Below, in pieces: positions 13,371-26,491 of a stretch of DNA of 64,000 nucleotides. Made by a program: the position numbers and the translations under genes. The stretch is from NCBI GenBank assembly GCA_951406725.2, contig OX597820.1, positions 105,462,001 to 105,526,000 on the forward strand, given 5' to 3'. The stretch comes from Octopus vulgaris (lineage: Eukaryota). The notes below the pieces were generated by a model that was given only the letters and a program-made list of their open reading frames with translations, made no database searches and was not told where the DNA came from. How positions within the stretch are numbered: the first letter of the stretch is position 1; each line of letters begins with the position of its first letter.

Positions 13371-13621
13371 ATTTATCGACCCCGAAAGGATGAAAGGCAA
13401 AGTGGACCTCAGTGGGATTTGAACTCAGAACGTAACGGCAGACGAAATGCCGCTAAGCATTTCGCCCGGCATGCTAACGTTTCTGCCAGCTCGCCACCTT
13501 TTTTTCATGTGGAGCTTAGGTGTTTCACTCATAAACACACACATCGCCTGGTCTGAGATTCAAACCTGCGATCCCTTGACCACGAGTCCGCTGCTCTAAC
13601 CACTAGGCTATGTGCCTCCAC
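13371..13621 (-). mobile_element. Family-B SINE head followed by a second tRNA-like SINE head
   Basis: Minus strand GGTGGCGAGCTGGCAGAAACGTTAG...GAGTTCAAATCCC, and GGAGGCACATAGCCTAGTGGTTAGAGC...GGTTTGAATCTC. Confidence 0.75.
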
Positions 13622-14737
13622 TGTGACAGTGACTATCTGCTCCCTCACTTACTTCCCCTCCGTCTCAGTCACTCTCACACTTCCACTCTTTCTCCCTCTC
13701 CCTCTATCAGTCTCACTCCACCACCCCTTCTCTCAAACAAACTAAAGCGTAACATGTGAAAGAACGAACAAGCAGAATTATTGCATAGATACATGTTTTG
13801 GCAGTCTGCCTCCACACCCTTCATTCACTTTGCTACATAATCTTACAAATCAATCACTCACTTCTACTCAGCTTGTGCCTTGTGCAGCCACCTGAGCACC
13901 TTATTGCCATTATCTGTCTTGTAGCTCCAACTGATCATTTTCTCTTTTCTCTCTCCCACTTCACTCCTACTAGATGTGAGCAATCATGCAGGTGCCTCTG
14001 AGGATCCTGCTTCCCTCTTTCATAGTAATCCCCTCATTCTATGACATGAAGCTGAACCCCCTGTCCACCTCTCCTAAGGCTACTAGTCCTGCAAACTGCA
14101 TGGTGACTTCAATAGTGCAGGTGAGATGAGAAGAGCACTAAGTCCAAACTGTAAAGTGGTTGGCATTAAGATGAGCATCCAATCATAAAAAGTATGCCGA
14201 AGCAAAGATTGGAGCTTGATGCAGTCCTTGGACACAGCAGATCCTTTGTCAAACTGAGCAGGCAAAGTTATGGCAGTATGGAAGAAGACTGTTAAATGAT
14301 GATGATGATGATGAGCTATATATATGTATGCGTGTGTGTGTGTATATATATATATGTATATCATCAACATCATTTAACACCTGTTTTCTATTTTTCCATA
14401 CTAGAATGGGTTGGCTGGTTTGATCAAAGCTGGTAAGGTTGGGCGTCATGCCAAGCTCCATTGTCTGTTCTGGCATGGTTTCTACAGCTGGATGCCCTTC
14501 CTAATGCCAACCACTCCACAGTGTACAGCATGCTTTTAATGTGGCACCAGCACCAGTGTTTTAATATGGCACTAATCTGCTGTGGCAGAAGGGTCTTCTT
14601 GAGTATAGCAAAGCACCATATATATATATATATATATACATCTCTCTCCCCACCCCAACTTCTCTCTCTCTCTCTCTCTTAGGAATGAGTTGATGCAGGC
14701 TTATCAAACAACACCCCAAATGACCACCACAACTTAC

Positions 14738-14892
14738 CGTTGTTGGAAACGTTGCGTCAAAGAAACCCAAACATCAAAATAGAGTTCAACATTCTTGAGA
14801 CCAAGATTTTCAAGCCTGTTTTCAATACATAAGGCATACTGCTTTACCATGTCAGAATGAAGTGGCCACCTCTTACTGCTTCTGGCAAACGC
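14738..14892 (-). CDS. GGCX: GGCX coding exon 10 (AFARSSKRWPLHSDMVKQYALCIENRL...YFDVWVSLTQRFQQR)
   Basis: DM.KQYA.C and YFD.WVS...RFQQR motifs; tAG/GTAAG; 155 nt. Confidence 0.97.
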
Positions 14893-15170
14893 CTACAATG
14901 GAATAACAGTATAGACTGTATGAAAAATACAACAAGCTAGAATATACATATACATATATATAAATACGTATGTGTGTATATTTATTTGGCATTAGGAAGG
15001 GCATCCAACTGTGGCAACCACGACAAAGCAGACAATAGAGCTTGGCAGTCCTCTTGCTTGCCAGTTGTGGTCAAACTGTCCAACCCATGCCAGCATGAAA
15101 ACAAGCATTAAATGATAATTATGATGATGATGATGATGATGATGTGTATATTGTGTGTATGTGTGTGTAG

Positions 15171-15558
15171 TCTTTTACTTGTTCCAGTCATTTGACTGTG
15201 ATCATGCTGGAGCACTGCCTTAAAGGGTTTTTTAGTTGAAGAAATCAATCCCAGGACTTATTCTCTACAAGCCTAGTGCTTATTCTATTAGTCTCTTTTG
15301 CAGAACTGCTAAGTTACATGGATGTAAAGACACCAACATCAGTTGTCAAGCGATGGTGGGAGGCAAACAGACACAAAGACACACACACACACACACAAAT
15401 ATATTCGATAGGCTTCTTTCAGTTTACCAGATCCACTCACAAGGCTTTGGTCAACTTGAGACAATAGTAGAAGACACTTACCCAAGGTGCCATACAGTGG
15501 GACTGAACCCGGAACTATCTGGTTGGGAAGCAACCTTTTTATCACACAATCATGCCAT
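15171..15558 (-). mobile_element. Family-A SINE copy
   Basis: Colinear with 19-418. Confidence 0.85.
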
Positions 15559-16347
15559 GCATGTTTGCAAGCATTACATATATTGCCAGTAAATGAGGGT
15601 CTTAGGTCAGTCGTAAGCCCTAGGATTCATAAGGCTGGAACTCAACCGGCTTTCCACATTATATAAAGGACTGAGTTCACAACGCTTTCCCACCCTGGAT
15701 GGGATGCCAGTCTGTTGCAAGGTTAACTTCACAGCTATTGCTGGTTTACAGCTGAGTGCACTGGAGCATTATGAAATGGAGTGTTTTGCTCAAGTAGCAA
15801 TGCACAATCTGGTCCGGGAATTGAAACCATGATCTTAACGATCATGTGTGCAACACCTATCACTAGGCCACATACCTCCCACGAGGAAAGGAGATTAAAA
15901 ATATGAAATTTTATAAAATATGTTTTTCACAATCCAAACCCCCTAAGTTCAAAAGATAAAAATCTGAAGACTGTTATGAAAACAATCAAAATAAATAAAT
16001 TATGTTATAAGAGGTGCATGAGTTACTATTCTGAAGCATTTTCTTTTTATTCATTTTTTTTATTTTGGTAAATCAGAAAAGCCAGGATAGATGTGTGTGT
16101 GTGTGTATGACAGCCTTAAATAAATGGAGTGAGCTTACTCTGCTAGATGTGTCATGTTCATGGGTCTGAATGACAGAATACAAATGTGCTGAGAGAAGAG
16201 GTGGATGTAAGAGGAATCAAATATAACACACAAAAGTAGTTTCAGAGAACTGGACCTACTAATTTGCATTTTATACACACACACACCTGTGTATGTTCAC
16301 ATGTGTATATGTATCTATCTATCTATATATATATATATATATATATA

Positions 16348-16618
16348 GGAGAGTATTGTTTGTAAAGAATGAAAAATTGTGAATGGTACAAAATGGTACA
16401 ACAATGCACTATAATACAGACAATGGACTATATACCTGTTGTAATTTAATCACCCATAGTCTGATATGATATTTTGGAATAATATTCCTTCTTCAGATAT
16501 TCTTAGATGGAGCGATTCCAAGAATATCTGAAGAAGGAATATTCCAAAATATCATATCAGACTATGGATGACTTAATATAGCCCATTGTCTGTATTATAG
16601 TGCATTGTTGTACCATTC
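16348..16618. mobile_element. Fold-back PLE-like element with degenerate HHR, inserted in (TA)n
   Basis: Arms 16392-16504 and 16520-16618; AATAT-CTGAAGA-A-GGAAT(ATT)ATTCC-AAAA-TATC-ATAT in both arms. Confidence 0.7.
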
Positions 16619-16855
16619 AAAACTTTATATATATATATATATATATTGTCTATATATACACAAACACACACACATGCCTCAAATTTCTGGAGCTATTTGT
16701 ACAATGTTCCTTTGTGAGAGGTGAAATATCGTGCCATAACCTGAATTATTCCTCCATCAACTTTCCAGGCATAAAAACAAAACAATACAAAAACAATGAA
16801 ACACTACTGACAACAATAACAATAAATATATACAAAGAAATCTATGAATATTCAC

Positions 16856-16987
16856 CATGGGATCAATAAATCCTGATTCTCCAGTATCTCGCTCAACATA
16901 CATAATCTGCAGATGTTGTGTGTTCCATCTATGAACCATCATGTCCCAAGAATATCCATACAGACCAGATGTCCAATTATTATAACC
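16856..16987 (-). CDS. GGCX: GGCX coding exon 9 ([44 protein letters not shown])
   Basis: Hallmark [18 protein letters not shown] substrate-binding motif; tAG/GTGAAT; 132 nt. Confidence 0.98.
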
Positions 16988-17175
16988 CTAGCAACAAAAA
17001 AACAAAAAACAATAATGAATATCAGTTTTTTCATTTTCTTGTCTCATGAGCTAAGAGACCCTATCTAGTGTACACTCAGTTCATTTTGTCTAACTCAACA
17101 TCATGCATGCTTCAGTATATATATTATATATCAGTATGTCTACAATTTTCTGTTTTGAGTTTTGTTTCTTTAAAT

Positions 17176-17409
17176 CAGTGGTTCTCAGCCATTTTTTTGC
17201 CAGTGGACCCCTCTGATTCCTATTTTACTCTACTGGACCCTCATAGACATTCAGTGTTTAAAAAACTTCCTATTTTTATAATTAAAGATTATTAGAATTG
17301 TATTTAAAAAATTGTTAGAATATTTTGTGTGTTGTAGAATTATAACCAATAAATTTTAACCACAAAATCTTACATGGATCCCCAAGGGCCATATGGTTGA
17401 GAACCACTG
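17176..17409. mobile_element. hAT-type MITE (second, partial inverted copy at ~23270-23512)
   Basis: TIRs CAGTGGTTCTCA...TGAGAACCACTG; flanks ctttaaat/ctttaatg resemble an 8-bp TSD. Confidence 0.8.
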
Positions 17410-17439
17410 CTTTAATGGTATACAGATATTAACAATGTA

Positions 17440-17920
17440 CCAGTGTCAAAGGACACCAACAACACCAAAGAACAGAGACACTGGAAACAAAATCAAGAAA
17501 TACTGATGTCACCAAGGAACTCTGATGATATTAAGGACACATAGGCATTAAGGCACATTGACATCAAGATACACTGACATCAAGATATATCAACATCAGG
17601 AATCACTGATATTAAGGTACATTGACATCAAGACACAATGACATCAAAGTACTATGACATCGCTACACTGATACCAAGATGCTTTGAAATTAGGATACAC
17701 TAATATGAAAACGTTTTGACATCATGATACTGTGACATCAAGGTACATTGGTGTCAAGATGCTTTGATAATACAGTACATCAATATCAAGACACTGGTTT
17801 AGGACACACTGATGCCAAAACATACTGAGATTAAGACATAACGATATCGATACACACCTAATTTAAACAACACTGAGATCAAGAGACTTTGATATTATTC
17901 TATACTGAGAAACATACTGA
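17440..17920. repeat. Degenerate ~16-18-bp minisatellite (consensus approx. ACACTGACATCAAGAT)
   Basis: Repeated gacatcaag/gatattaag units. Confidence 0.75.
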
Positions 17921-18990
17921 CAATAATTAAATAATGATAACATGAGTTAAGGAATTCTTTGTCAAAAAACATTCAATTTTGCTACAAATAATTTTGTAAA
18001 TAAACTCTAAAAGAGACATTCCATTGTCAGGCTGTATCAATGTTTATCTCTCTAGAGTTATCTTTCTTTTTATAGTAAATCTAAATGCTTTCTTATTTGA
18101 AGTACATTTGCTTTATAGTGCCCTCATTTCTCACTCTTTCATACCCTCTTGCAACCTCTACCTGCTGATTCTTCTGTCTCCATTTACTTCTTCTCACTTT
18201 GTACCTTGAGGGTCCAGAAAGACACTTCATTACCACTATATTTATCTCTTCCCTACTACACCACAATCACTTATCACCCCTTTCATTTAAAATGTGAGTA
18301 GCCATGCAGCACCTCTATAGCAAGAAACTTGTTTCTGCTTTGGCCCTCATCTCTCATACTTAAACTCCTCATCTTGTAGCGTAAAGTCACTTCTCCTGAG
18401 GTTCACAGTCTCACAAGCTGCACAACAACCTCACTGGTGCTGATTCAATGAAAAAAAGCACCCAGTACATACTGTAAAGTGGTTGGTTTTAGGAATGGAA
18501 TCCTGCTGTAGAAACCATGCCAAAGCAGACACTGGAGCATGATGTAGTCCACAACCCCATTGGATCCTGTCACACAGTTCAACCCATGCCAGCATGGAAC
18601 ATGAATGTTATATAATGATGATGATAATGATGACAATAGTGCATCAGAGCTACAAGATATCAGTAGATATGACATGTATTCAAAACAGAGAACACATGAC
18701 CCTACTTACAGTGAAGCTACAACAATACTTATACTGAAATACACTTCATTTATTTTGATTAATGCAAAAATAAGGAAAAATTTAGTAAAATGATTTTGCC
18801 ATTATTAAGCTGGTGTTTGGAATGTAAATTAACATGAAGTTTTGATGGAAAGTTTTAATTTAAATCACTTTAATCCTTTAACATTTAAATCAGCCCTATT
18901 GGGCCCAAATATTCTACCTGTTTTAGGTTCAAACTGGCCAGATCCAACCTCTCTCATCTAACTACAATGTTATTCTTAAATATACAATTA

Positions 18991-20223
18991 CGAGGGTGAG
19001 TCAAAAAGTAATGCCATTTTCTTTATTTCATGTGAAGTTTTTGAAAAGCCAAGTGATTCCAAGTTATAAATGATTCTATCATTTACGTTCTGAAATATTT
19101 TGTTTCTTACTTTTCAGGTTTTTAGACTGGTTTTTAGGTTGGTAAGGAAAATTCAAAACGGCTGACCCCTTAGAGTTACATCAAAAACAAAGAGCAGTGA
19201 TTGAATTTCTTGTTGGTGAGGGGGAAACCCCTGAGAACATTCACTGACGATTACAAATGTCTTCAAGGACAATACTTTAGATTATAGCAATGTATGCAGG
19301 TGGGTCCATCATCTGAAAGATGAAAAGGTGGGAACAGTGAGTGTAGCCAATAAACACCATTCTGACTGTCAGTCCGCTTCTGTGAATCCTGCCAATAAAG
19401 CAAAAGCAGATGCTCTGATCAGAGAAGACAGGCGCATAACTCTTGATGAGTTGGGAGAAAACTTTGAAGTGAGCCATGGAAGTGCTTACAACATTGTTGA
19501 ATCACTTGGCTTTTCAAAAGTGTGTGACTGTTGGGTACCGAGAGAGCTGACTACTGAATGCAAGACTGACAGGGTCAATGCCTGCACTGAACTTCTCAAA
19601 CAAAGTCAAAGGGACAACACCTTCTTTCGAAGGCTCATAACAGGTGATGAAATATGGGTTCATCATTATGAACCAGGATCTTTTGGGATGCTCACGGTAT
19701 CATTCTGGTCGATTTCTCGCCAAAAGGAAAAACAATAAACTCTGAGGCCTACAGTGAAACCCTGACGAGGCTCAGAGTAAGACACAACTTGCCAATCAAC
19801 AATGTCCTCCTTCTGCATGACAATGCTTGACCACATACAAGCATCAGGAGAAGGGAGACAATCGCCTCATTCGGGTGGACAACTTTACTGCATCCTCCAT
19901 ACTCACCAGATTTAGCACCTTCAGGCTATCATCTCTTCGGCCCCATGAAAGAGGGTTTGAGAGGCAAACATTATTCCAGTGACGAGGAAGTGAAACTGTA
20001 ATGAAGAATTGGCTCAGAGAACAGTCAACAGAATTTTAAGGGGCAGGGATACATGCTCTCATTCAAAGGTGGAACATTGCTATTGAGAGAAATGGTGACT
20101 ATGTTGAGAAGTAGGGATGTGATCCACAGAGGACCAGCTTCATTTTGATATAAGATGCATGTTCCTGTGTTGGTAATTATACCTATCCTAAACAAAATGG
20201 CATTACTTTTTGACTCATCCTTG
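18991..20223 (+). mobile_element. Tc1/mariner transposon, internally deleted, transposase pseudogene
   Basis: 30-bp TIRs CGAGGGTGAGTCAAAAAGTAATGCCATTTT and TA TSD. Motifs WVPREL, ITGDEIWVHHYEP, LLHDNA*PH, HPPYSPDLAPS; stops and frameshifts. Confidence 0.95.
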
Positions 20224-20700
20224 TACATCATCAAAATACTAAAGCTACTTGATAATGTATGATTAACTCAAAACAATATGAATAAATAAGCATTACATTT
20301 GACAGGGTAATATGAATGTTAAAGGGTTGAAACAAGAATTTTATGTCACAAATGTAGATGTGGTTGCAGGCCAGCAGGTATCAAAAGGCTTGATCTTGAA
20401 AAATATTTTGACAACAAGAATAAGTACACTTTTTCCTGCACATACAAGGTACATAGTTACCATATTTTTGTTGAAATATGCTGCACTTATTGTTGGTGTT
20501 TGGAACAAATAAATATGAAATCTTGATGGAAGGCTTTTATTTAGATCACTGTAAACCAGGAAGTTTGTATCATAGATTCAGGGATGGTCTCAGGGAGGCT
20601 GATATCAAAAAGGTGAGTTAATCTCTGATAATTATTTCTAAACATACAAGGATACTATGAATCATGAAAGGATTAAATAATTTTGTAACACATTACTAAC

Positions 20701-20889
20701 CTTTGTAATGAAGTGAGAAAATGGCAAGAATAACTGCAACAGGATATAAAAGATAGCGAAGGCAGTGGAAAAAATATGGCGCAAAGAATACTGGGGATGG
20801 TTGTGTTGCTTTTGGTTGGATTTTGAATCATATGTTGATTTTTCTCCATCACCTGCAGACAATGGGTTTCCTTCACCTGAAATTTCTTG
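20701..20889 (-). CDS. GGCX: GGCX coding exon 8 (QEISGEGNPLSAGDGEK...LRHIFSTAFAIFYILLQLFLPFSHFITK)
   Basis: QLFLP.SHF.T motif; donor GTTAGT. The ttttttgtcttcAAG acceptor (exon start 20889) keeps frame with exon 7. The 5' boundary is less certain than the 3'. Confidence 0.88.
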
Positions 20890-21720
20890 CTTGAAGACAA
20901 AAAAGATGAATGTGGAGAAATATATATGTGGTAATACGATTCAACTACTACTGTAGTTGAATAATATTCTTAAGGCTGCAATTTACTCACATTCAGCATC
21001 TTTCAGACTCTGTCACTAATTCAGTTCTTAACCGAATTGAAAATTGTTAACATCTTTGAAGAGGACTGGTCCCTAGCTATATTTTGGCATTAAAAAAATA
21101 GAGATTTGGTCCAGTAGAAAAAAGTTTACATCAAAATTTGTAGTAACCTTACAGAAGAGTAAGTAACACCTCCAATCAAGTTTAGATCCAAATAACTATT
21201 TTATTTTAAAAGCAATACATATATATATATATATATCTTAGCTCCAATGATAGAAGAAAGCAGGAAGAATTTCATAGTTTTCATCCCATGGAACAAAAAT
21301 TTGTATTAAAAAAATTGCGAGGTAAAAATATCATGAAAAAAAATAAGTAAAGCAAAAAATTGGATTTAAGTATAATCAACTTTTTTATTTTAAAAGTAAA
21401 CTATATTTTAATTAAGCATAAATGATAGATCTCAATTCAAGGAATTATGATTGTTTGTTTCTCAAATTTGAGGGTGATAATTCTATACTTTTTTTATGAA
21501 TATAGTTCTATAAGGGGACTTTTAATATATGTTACCGGCATCATTGAGGTAAGGAAAAAAATTATCAACAACACCGCTAATTTTTAAAATATTATTTAGA
21601 AATTTATTAAATTTATTATTCAATTTTCAATAAGGTAAAAATCTTAAATTATTGACACATTATTAATTAGCATAGCCTAGAAAAAAAACATGGATTTCAT
21701 GGAAAATGCAGGCAAGAGAA

Positions 21721-22350
21721 AGATTTTGTTGCATTTGGGGATGGTTATGTTGCCAGTTTAGCCAATGAAAACACATGCACTATATATTTGGTGTTCACTT
21801 GTTTCAGCTTTATTTTATATTAATAGTATTTCAGCCAGAGTTCTTTCATCACACTTCTGTGACCTCATCAGTGGTCCTTTGCTTTCTTCTTTCTTTCTTG
21901 TGTGTCTCTCCTTACTAACAGCCTTCCATTTTATATTCCTGTTGTATGTGTCTTTATGATGCCTTCATTATCAGTATCCCCTGGGATACTGATAATGCAA
22001 GCACCATACACATTCCCCTACACACACACACTTACTAAACATAGACACACACAGGGATGTATGCATGTGCAAATAAAGACACATACAACAGGAATACAAA
22101 ATGGCAGATCATTAGTAAGGAGAGACACACAAGAAAGAAAGAAGAAAGCAAAGGACCACTGATGAGGTCACAGAAGTGTGATGAAAGAACTCTAGCTGAA
22201 ATACTAATAATATAAAATAAAGCTGAAACAAGTGAACACCAAATATATAGTGCATGTGTTTTCATTGGCTAAACTGGCAACATAACCATCCCCAAATGCA
22301 ACAAAATCTGTTTCAACACACGAATTCACATCAAGAATCTAGCAAAACAA
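21721..22350. mobile_element. Long fold-back PLE-like element (~235-bp arms) with an HHR in each arm
   Basis: 21721-21957 is the near-exact reverse complement of ~22073-22309. Inner hairpin cattatcagtatccc-ct-gggatactgataatg. HHRs at 21834-21877 (-) and 22153-22196 (+). Right arm has an extra tail. Confidence 0.85.
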
Positions 22351-24074
22351 ATATATAAATGTAACATTCTGAAGATTATAAACCTGGAAAAGTACAGGAC
22401 AAGTTATTACGTTTGGTAAAGTATAGAACAAGAAAATTTTTACTTAAAACATTGCAGCTAAGGATAAAATTTCAAATAAAATATTTAGATCTAGAAAACA
22501 TTAGCTTTTATGAAAACTAAAACTTTTATTACAAGCTGTTACTTCTATTTGTTATTACTTGTTACTTCTATTAAAAAAAACAAAAAAAAAAAACTCAAAA
22601 TAATTTTTGCACTTTAAAAAAATTCATTTTTTAATTATTAATTAATAATTAGAAATTTGAAAGTAAGTATAATAACTTGTCCTGATTTTTCCAGTTTTAT
22701 AATCATAAGAATATTATTTCTCTTGCTCGCATTTTTCCATGTAATAAGAATGTGCATGAATATGTGTATACATGTGTGTGTGTGTATGTGGTTGTGTGTG
22801 TGTGTGTGTGATGGAGTGTATATGTGTGTCAATATTAGAACATGCTTTCATGTTTGTATGAATATTAGAACAGGCTTTAATGTGTGTATACGTATGTATG
22901 TGTTATGTGTGTGTGTGTGTGTGTATGTATGTGTGTATCAACATTAGAACGTACTTTGATGTGAGTGGATGTGCCTAGTTATGTACAAATGTATTTGTAC
23001 ATGTACGCAAAGCAGGTGTCCTCCATGAACATGTATTAGTGGGTTTACATAAGTATAAATTCAGCTGAGAATAATATAAAAATAAAGGAGAATGGTGTAG
23101 AAGGTGGTGGTGGAACTTAGTATTAGTAGTGGTGACGGTGATACAAGTTGTACAGGTAGTGTAAATAATATATTAAAGATATATTATTCCTTTTATCTGA
23201 AGCAAATAATATACCTTTTGTATTTGGAGTATATATAATATACCACCAGCTGGGGTATATTATATATACTAGGGTCCATATGGCCCTTGGGAATCCATAG
23301 ATTTTGTCATTAAAATTTATGTGCAATAAATTGGTTATATTTCTATGATACACAAAATATTTGAATTACTTTTATCTACAATTCCAAATAATATTTAATT
23401 ATAAAAATATAAATAAGAGTTTTTAGACATTGAATGACAATGATGTTCCCACCTCCTGAGTAAAATAGGAATCACAGGGGTCCATAGGTAAAAAATGGTT
23501 GAGGATCACTGGTCTAAAGTCTGAAGATTTTTCACTGAAGACAGCTTCCTTATGAATGCCATCTCCGTGCCAATGATGGAAGAGGTTTATAATAATCCAT
23601 GTGAACATTGTGGACTGAATATGGAGCTGTTAGAGTAAAGCATGTATAAAACATTAGCTATAACTTCTAATGATACAAATGTCTAAAACCTTATATATCT
23701 TCTCATGATACACCAGCTGCCAATCATGGTTTTCCTTGAATTTTATTGATTATTGCTGCATAGAGATGATGTTCTCCAATTCATCCATCTTCCCTACCTA
23801 CTGTTCTATGGAGGATCATGAGGGTAGTGTCCTCAAGCACCTCGTCCATAGATTATCACAAGCAACAGCCATCAATAGACCTTCCAGCTGTGACCAACTG
23901 ACTCTATGGACATCATCCAACCATCATCCAACGTTCTTGGCCCTACTCTTAGGCCTCCAGCTGGTTCAAGTTCGCTTCAAGGGTCTGTCTTGCAATTCTT
24001 TCCCATGATATTCTACTAACATGTCCATGGTCCTGGAGCTGTAACCTCTCAATGCAGAGATTTTTTTTATTGTT

Positions 24075-24933
24075 TATCTTTTTACTTGTTTCAATCATTT
24101 GACTGCGGCCATGCTGGAGCACTGCCTCGAAGAATTTTTAGTCAAACAAATCAACTCCAGTACTTTTTTTAAAAAACCTGGTACTTATTCTATTGGTCTC
24201 TTTTACTGAGCAGCTAAATTAGAGACACAAACACATCAACATTGGTTGTCAAGCGGTGGTGGGGGACAAACATAGACACACACACACACACACATATATG
24301 ACAAGCTTCTTTCAGTTTCTGTCTACCAAATCCACTTACAAGGTTTTGATTGACCTGAGACCATAGTAGAAGACATTTGCCCAAGGTGTTTCACAGAGGG
24401 ACTGAACTTGGAACCATGTGGTTGGGAAGCTAACTTCTTACCACACAGTCATGATGATGATTTTTCAAAAAATTCTTAATAGGAGGTTGACTTTTCTTGA
24501 GCAGAGAAAGAGCATAGTTTTGAGATTCACTTGTCCTGTCTAACTCTTTTTTTTTTTTTTTACTCTTTTACTTGTTTCAGTCATTTGACTGTGGCCATGC
24601 TGGAGCACCACCTTTAGTCGAGCAAATCGACTCCAGGACTTATTCTTTGTAAGCCTAGTACTTATCCTATTGGTCTCTTTTGCCAAACCACTAAGTTATG
24701 GGGACGTAAACACACCAGCATCGGTTGTCAAGCGATGTTGGGGGGGGACAAACACACACACATATATATACGACAGGCTTCTTTCAGTTTCCATCTACCA
24801 AATCTACTCACAAGGCTTTGGTCGGCCCAAGGCTATAGTAGAAGACACTTGCCCAAGGTGCCATGCAGTGGGACTGAACCCAGAACCATGTGGTTGGTAA
24901 GCAAGCTACTTACTACACAGCCACTCCTACGCC
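24075..24933 (-). mobile_element. Two adjacent family-A SINE copies (24075-24452, 24561-24933)
   Basis: Both colinear with 19-418. Confidence 0.88.
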
Positions 24934-25662
24934 TACTGTCTTGTTGATATATACTCAATCTCTCTAATGTTTGTGCCTTGAGAAAATATCCAGTATACCC
25001 TGAAAAGCACTAAGAAGGACATCCAGCCATAGAAACTAACCCAAATTACACACACAAGTGTCAGTACATGAGTGGTCACTTTCAATAAGGAATGACTTGT
25101 TATCTACCTTTACACTACTACACTACCATCTAAAAGTATAGGGACACTAGGCAGTTTACCCAGATGCCTCATAGATCTGAAAGCCCAATTATGATCTACG
25201 TATATTGTCGCTCGCTGTTAAATAAATAAATACTACAGGGTCTAGTGCATTGATTTTTCCCAAGGATCAATCATGCTACTATGATGGCCCTGTCTTTACT
25301 CCTGCTTGGGTAACTAAGTCTTTTAACCTTTCAGGTTGATAAAATAAAGTAATAATGAAAAATTGGGTTCATATCTAATTGATTGTTACTTTCCTAAAAT
25401 CTGAATTTTATGTGCCATAAGTTAATTATTGTTTAATGTTTTTATGCTTGAAATTATATTATAATCAACCAAATCAAAAAGACTGCCTTTAGTTGCCTTG
25501 TTTTAGACTGAGTTTGAACTTATAACCTCTATTTCTAAAACATGGCTCCATAATCCTTAAGTTACTGTCCCATAGGAAATTCATCAGTCAGTTTTGGGAG
25601 ATATTAAATGGTGGTGGTGATGACTATGATAATGATGGAGATGAAAGCCAACAAATTTCTAC

Positions 25663-25817
25663 CTTTACAGCATAAATACAATGATTGCTTTTTTGGATTG
25701 GTTCATCTTCTGGAATCTGGAAGGAGATGGATTCTGGTAAGTTTTTGAAGATTTTCCTCGGCCAGTCAGGATAGAAGAATATTGTCATCGTGACCATCAT
25801 GGCCCAAGGGAACATTC
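25663..25817 (-). CDS. GGCX: GGCX coding exon 7 (GMFPWAMMVTMTIFFYPDWPRKIF...SNHCIYAVK)
   Basis: GMF...P.WPRK motif; gcAG acceptor, GTAGAA donor; 155 nt ending phase 0. Confidence 0.93.
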
Positions 25818-26270
25818 CTGCAAACAGAACAGAATTTGTGCATTTTATAAATAAAGGAACATAATTCAAATAACATAATCAGTGGAATTCTGGTTTAAGC
25901 ATCTCATATAACCCCTCATAACTTTTTTATTTTTTGAAATTTTCAGAATTTTTTTGCAAAATTGTGTTCTATCCACAAGAATTCACATGATTATGAAAGA
26001 AAAAGAGTTTTTTTAAACCCCCCCCCCCAAATCCTAAAAGTTCCATTCTTTTTCCAGTTTTTTAAAAAATCAGTTTAAAATACATCCAGTCCAATATTTT
26101 GGTTTAAATCCCAGCAGTGGACCAGCCTTAGCTGCATCATCATTCCATTAAATGTTTTTATGGGGAGAAAAATATTGAAAAACACAGATACATGTCAGAG
26201 TGGCAAAGAAACAAGGATGGTGTTGGGTTGTCATAGGATGTGCTAAAAACAACAGCTAAAACACCTTTAA

Positions 26271-26491
26271 CCCTTTAGTGTTCGCATTATTCTGCCCAAA
26301 TTAATGCTTTTTAATCCACATTGTTTTGAACTAATCATGCATTATCTTGTAGCTATGAGATTTTGATGAGGTAGCTGTTAATTTTTAAAACGATATTGTA
26401 GGGTTGGTGTGAGAGACCAGATCTGGCCAGTTTGACCATAAAACAGGCAGAATACTTTTGGCTGGATATGGCCGGTTTAGATGCTAAAGGG
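26271..26491. mobile_element. piggyBac-type MITE
   Basis: TTAA|CCCTTTAG...CTAAAGGG|TTAA. Related copies at ~8287-8490 and split at 18873-18988/20226-20327. Confidence 0.85.

Noticed and set aside
19328-19738. Active or domesticated mariner transposase
   Set aside because: Stops, frameshifts, an internal deletion after HHYEP and an altered third catalytic Asp region.
20852-20876. CAG acceptors as the main start of exon 8
   Set aside because: Both are phase 1 while exon 7 ends in phase 0, and I found no intervening exon to correct the frame.
21765-22265. Pair of convergent near-identical ORFs (MKTHALYIW...)
   Set aside because: A by-product of the inverted repeat, with no protein-like features. 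The same applies to 48852-49130.
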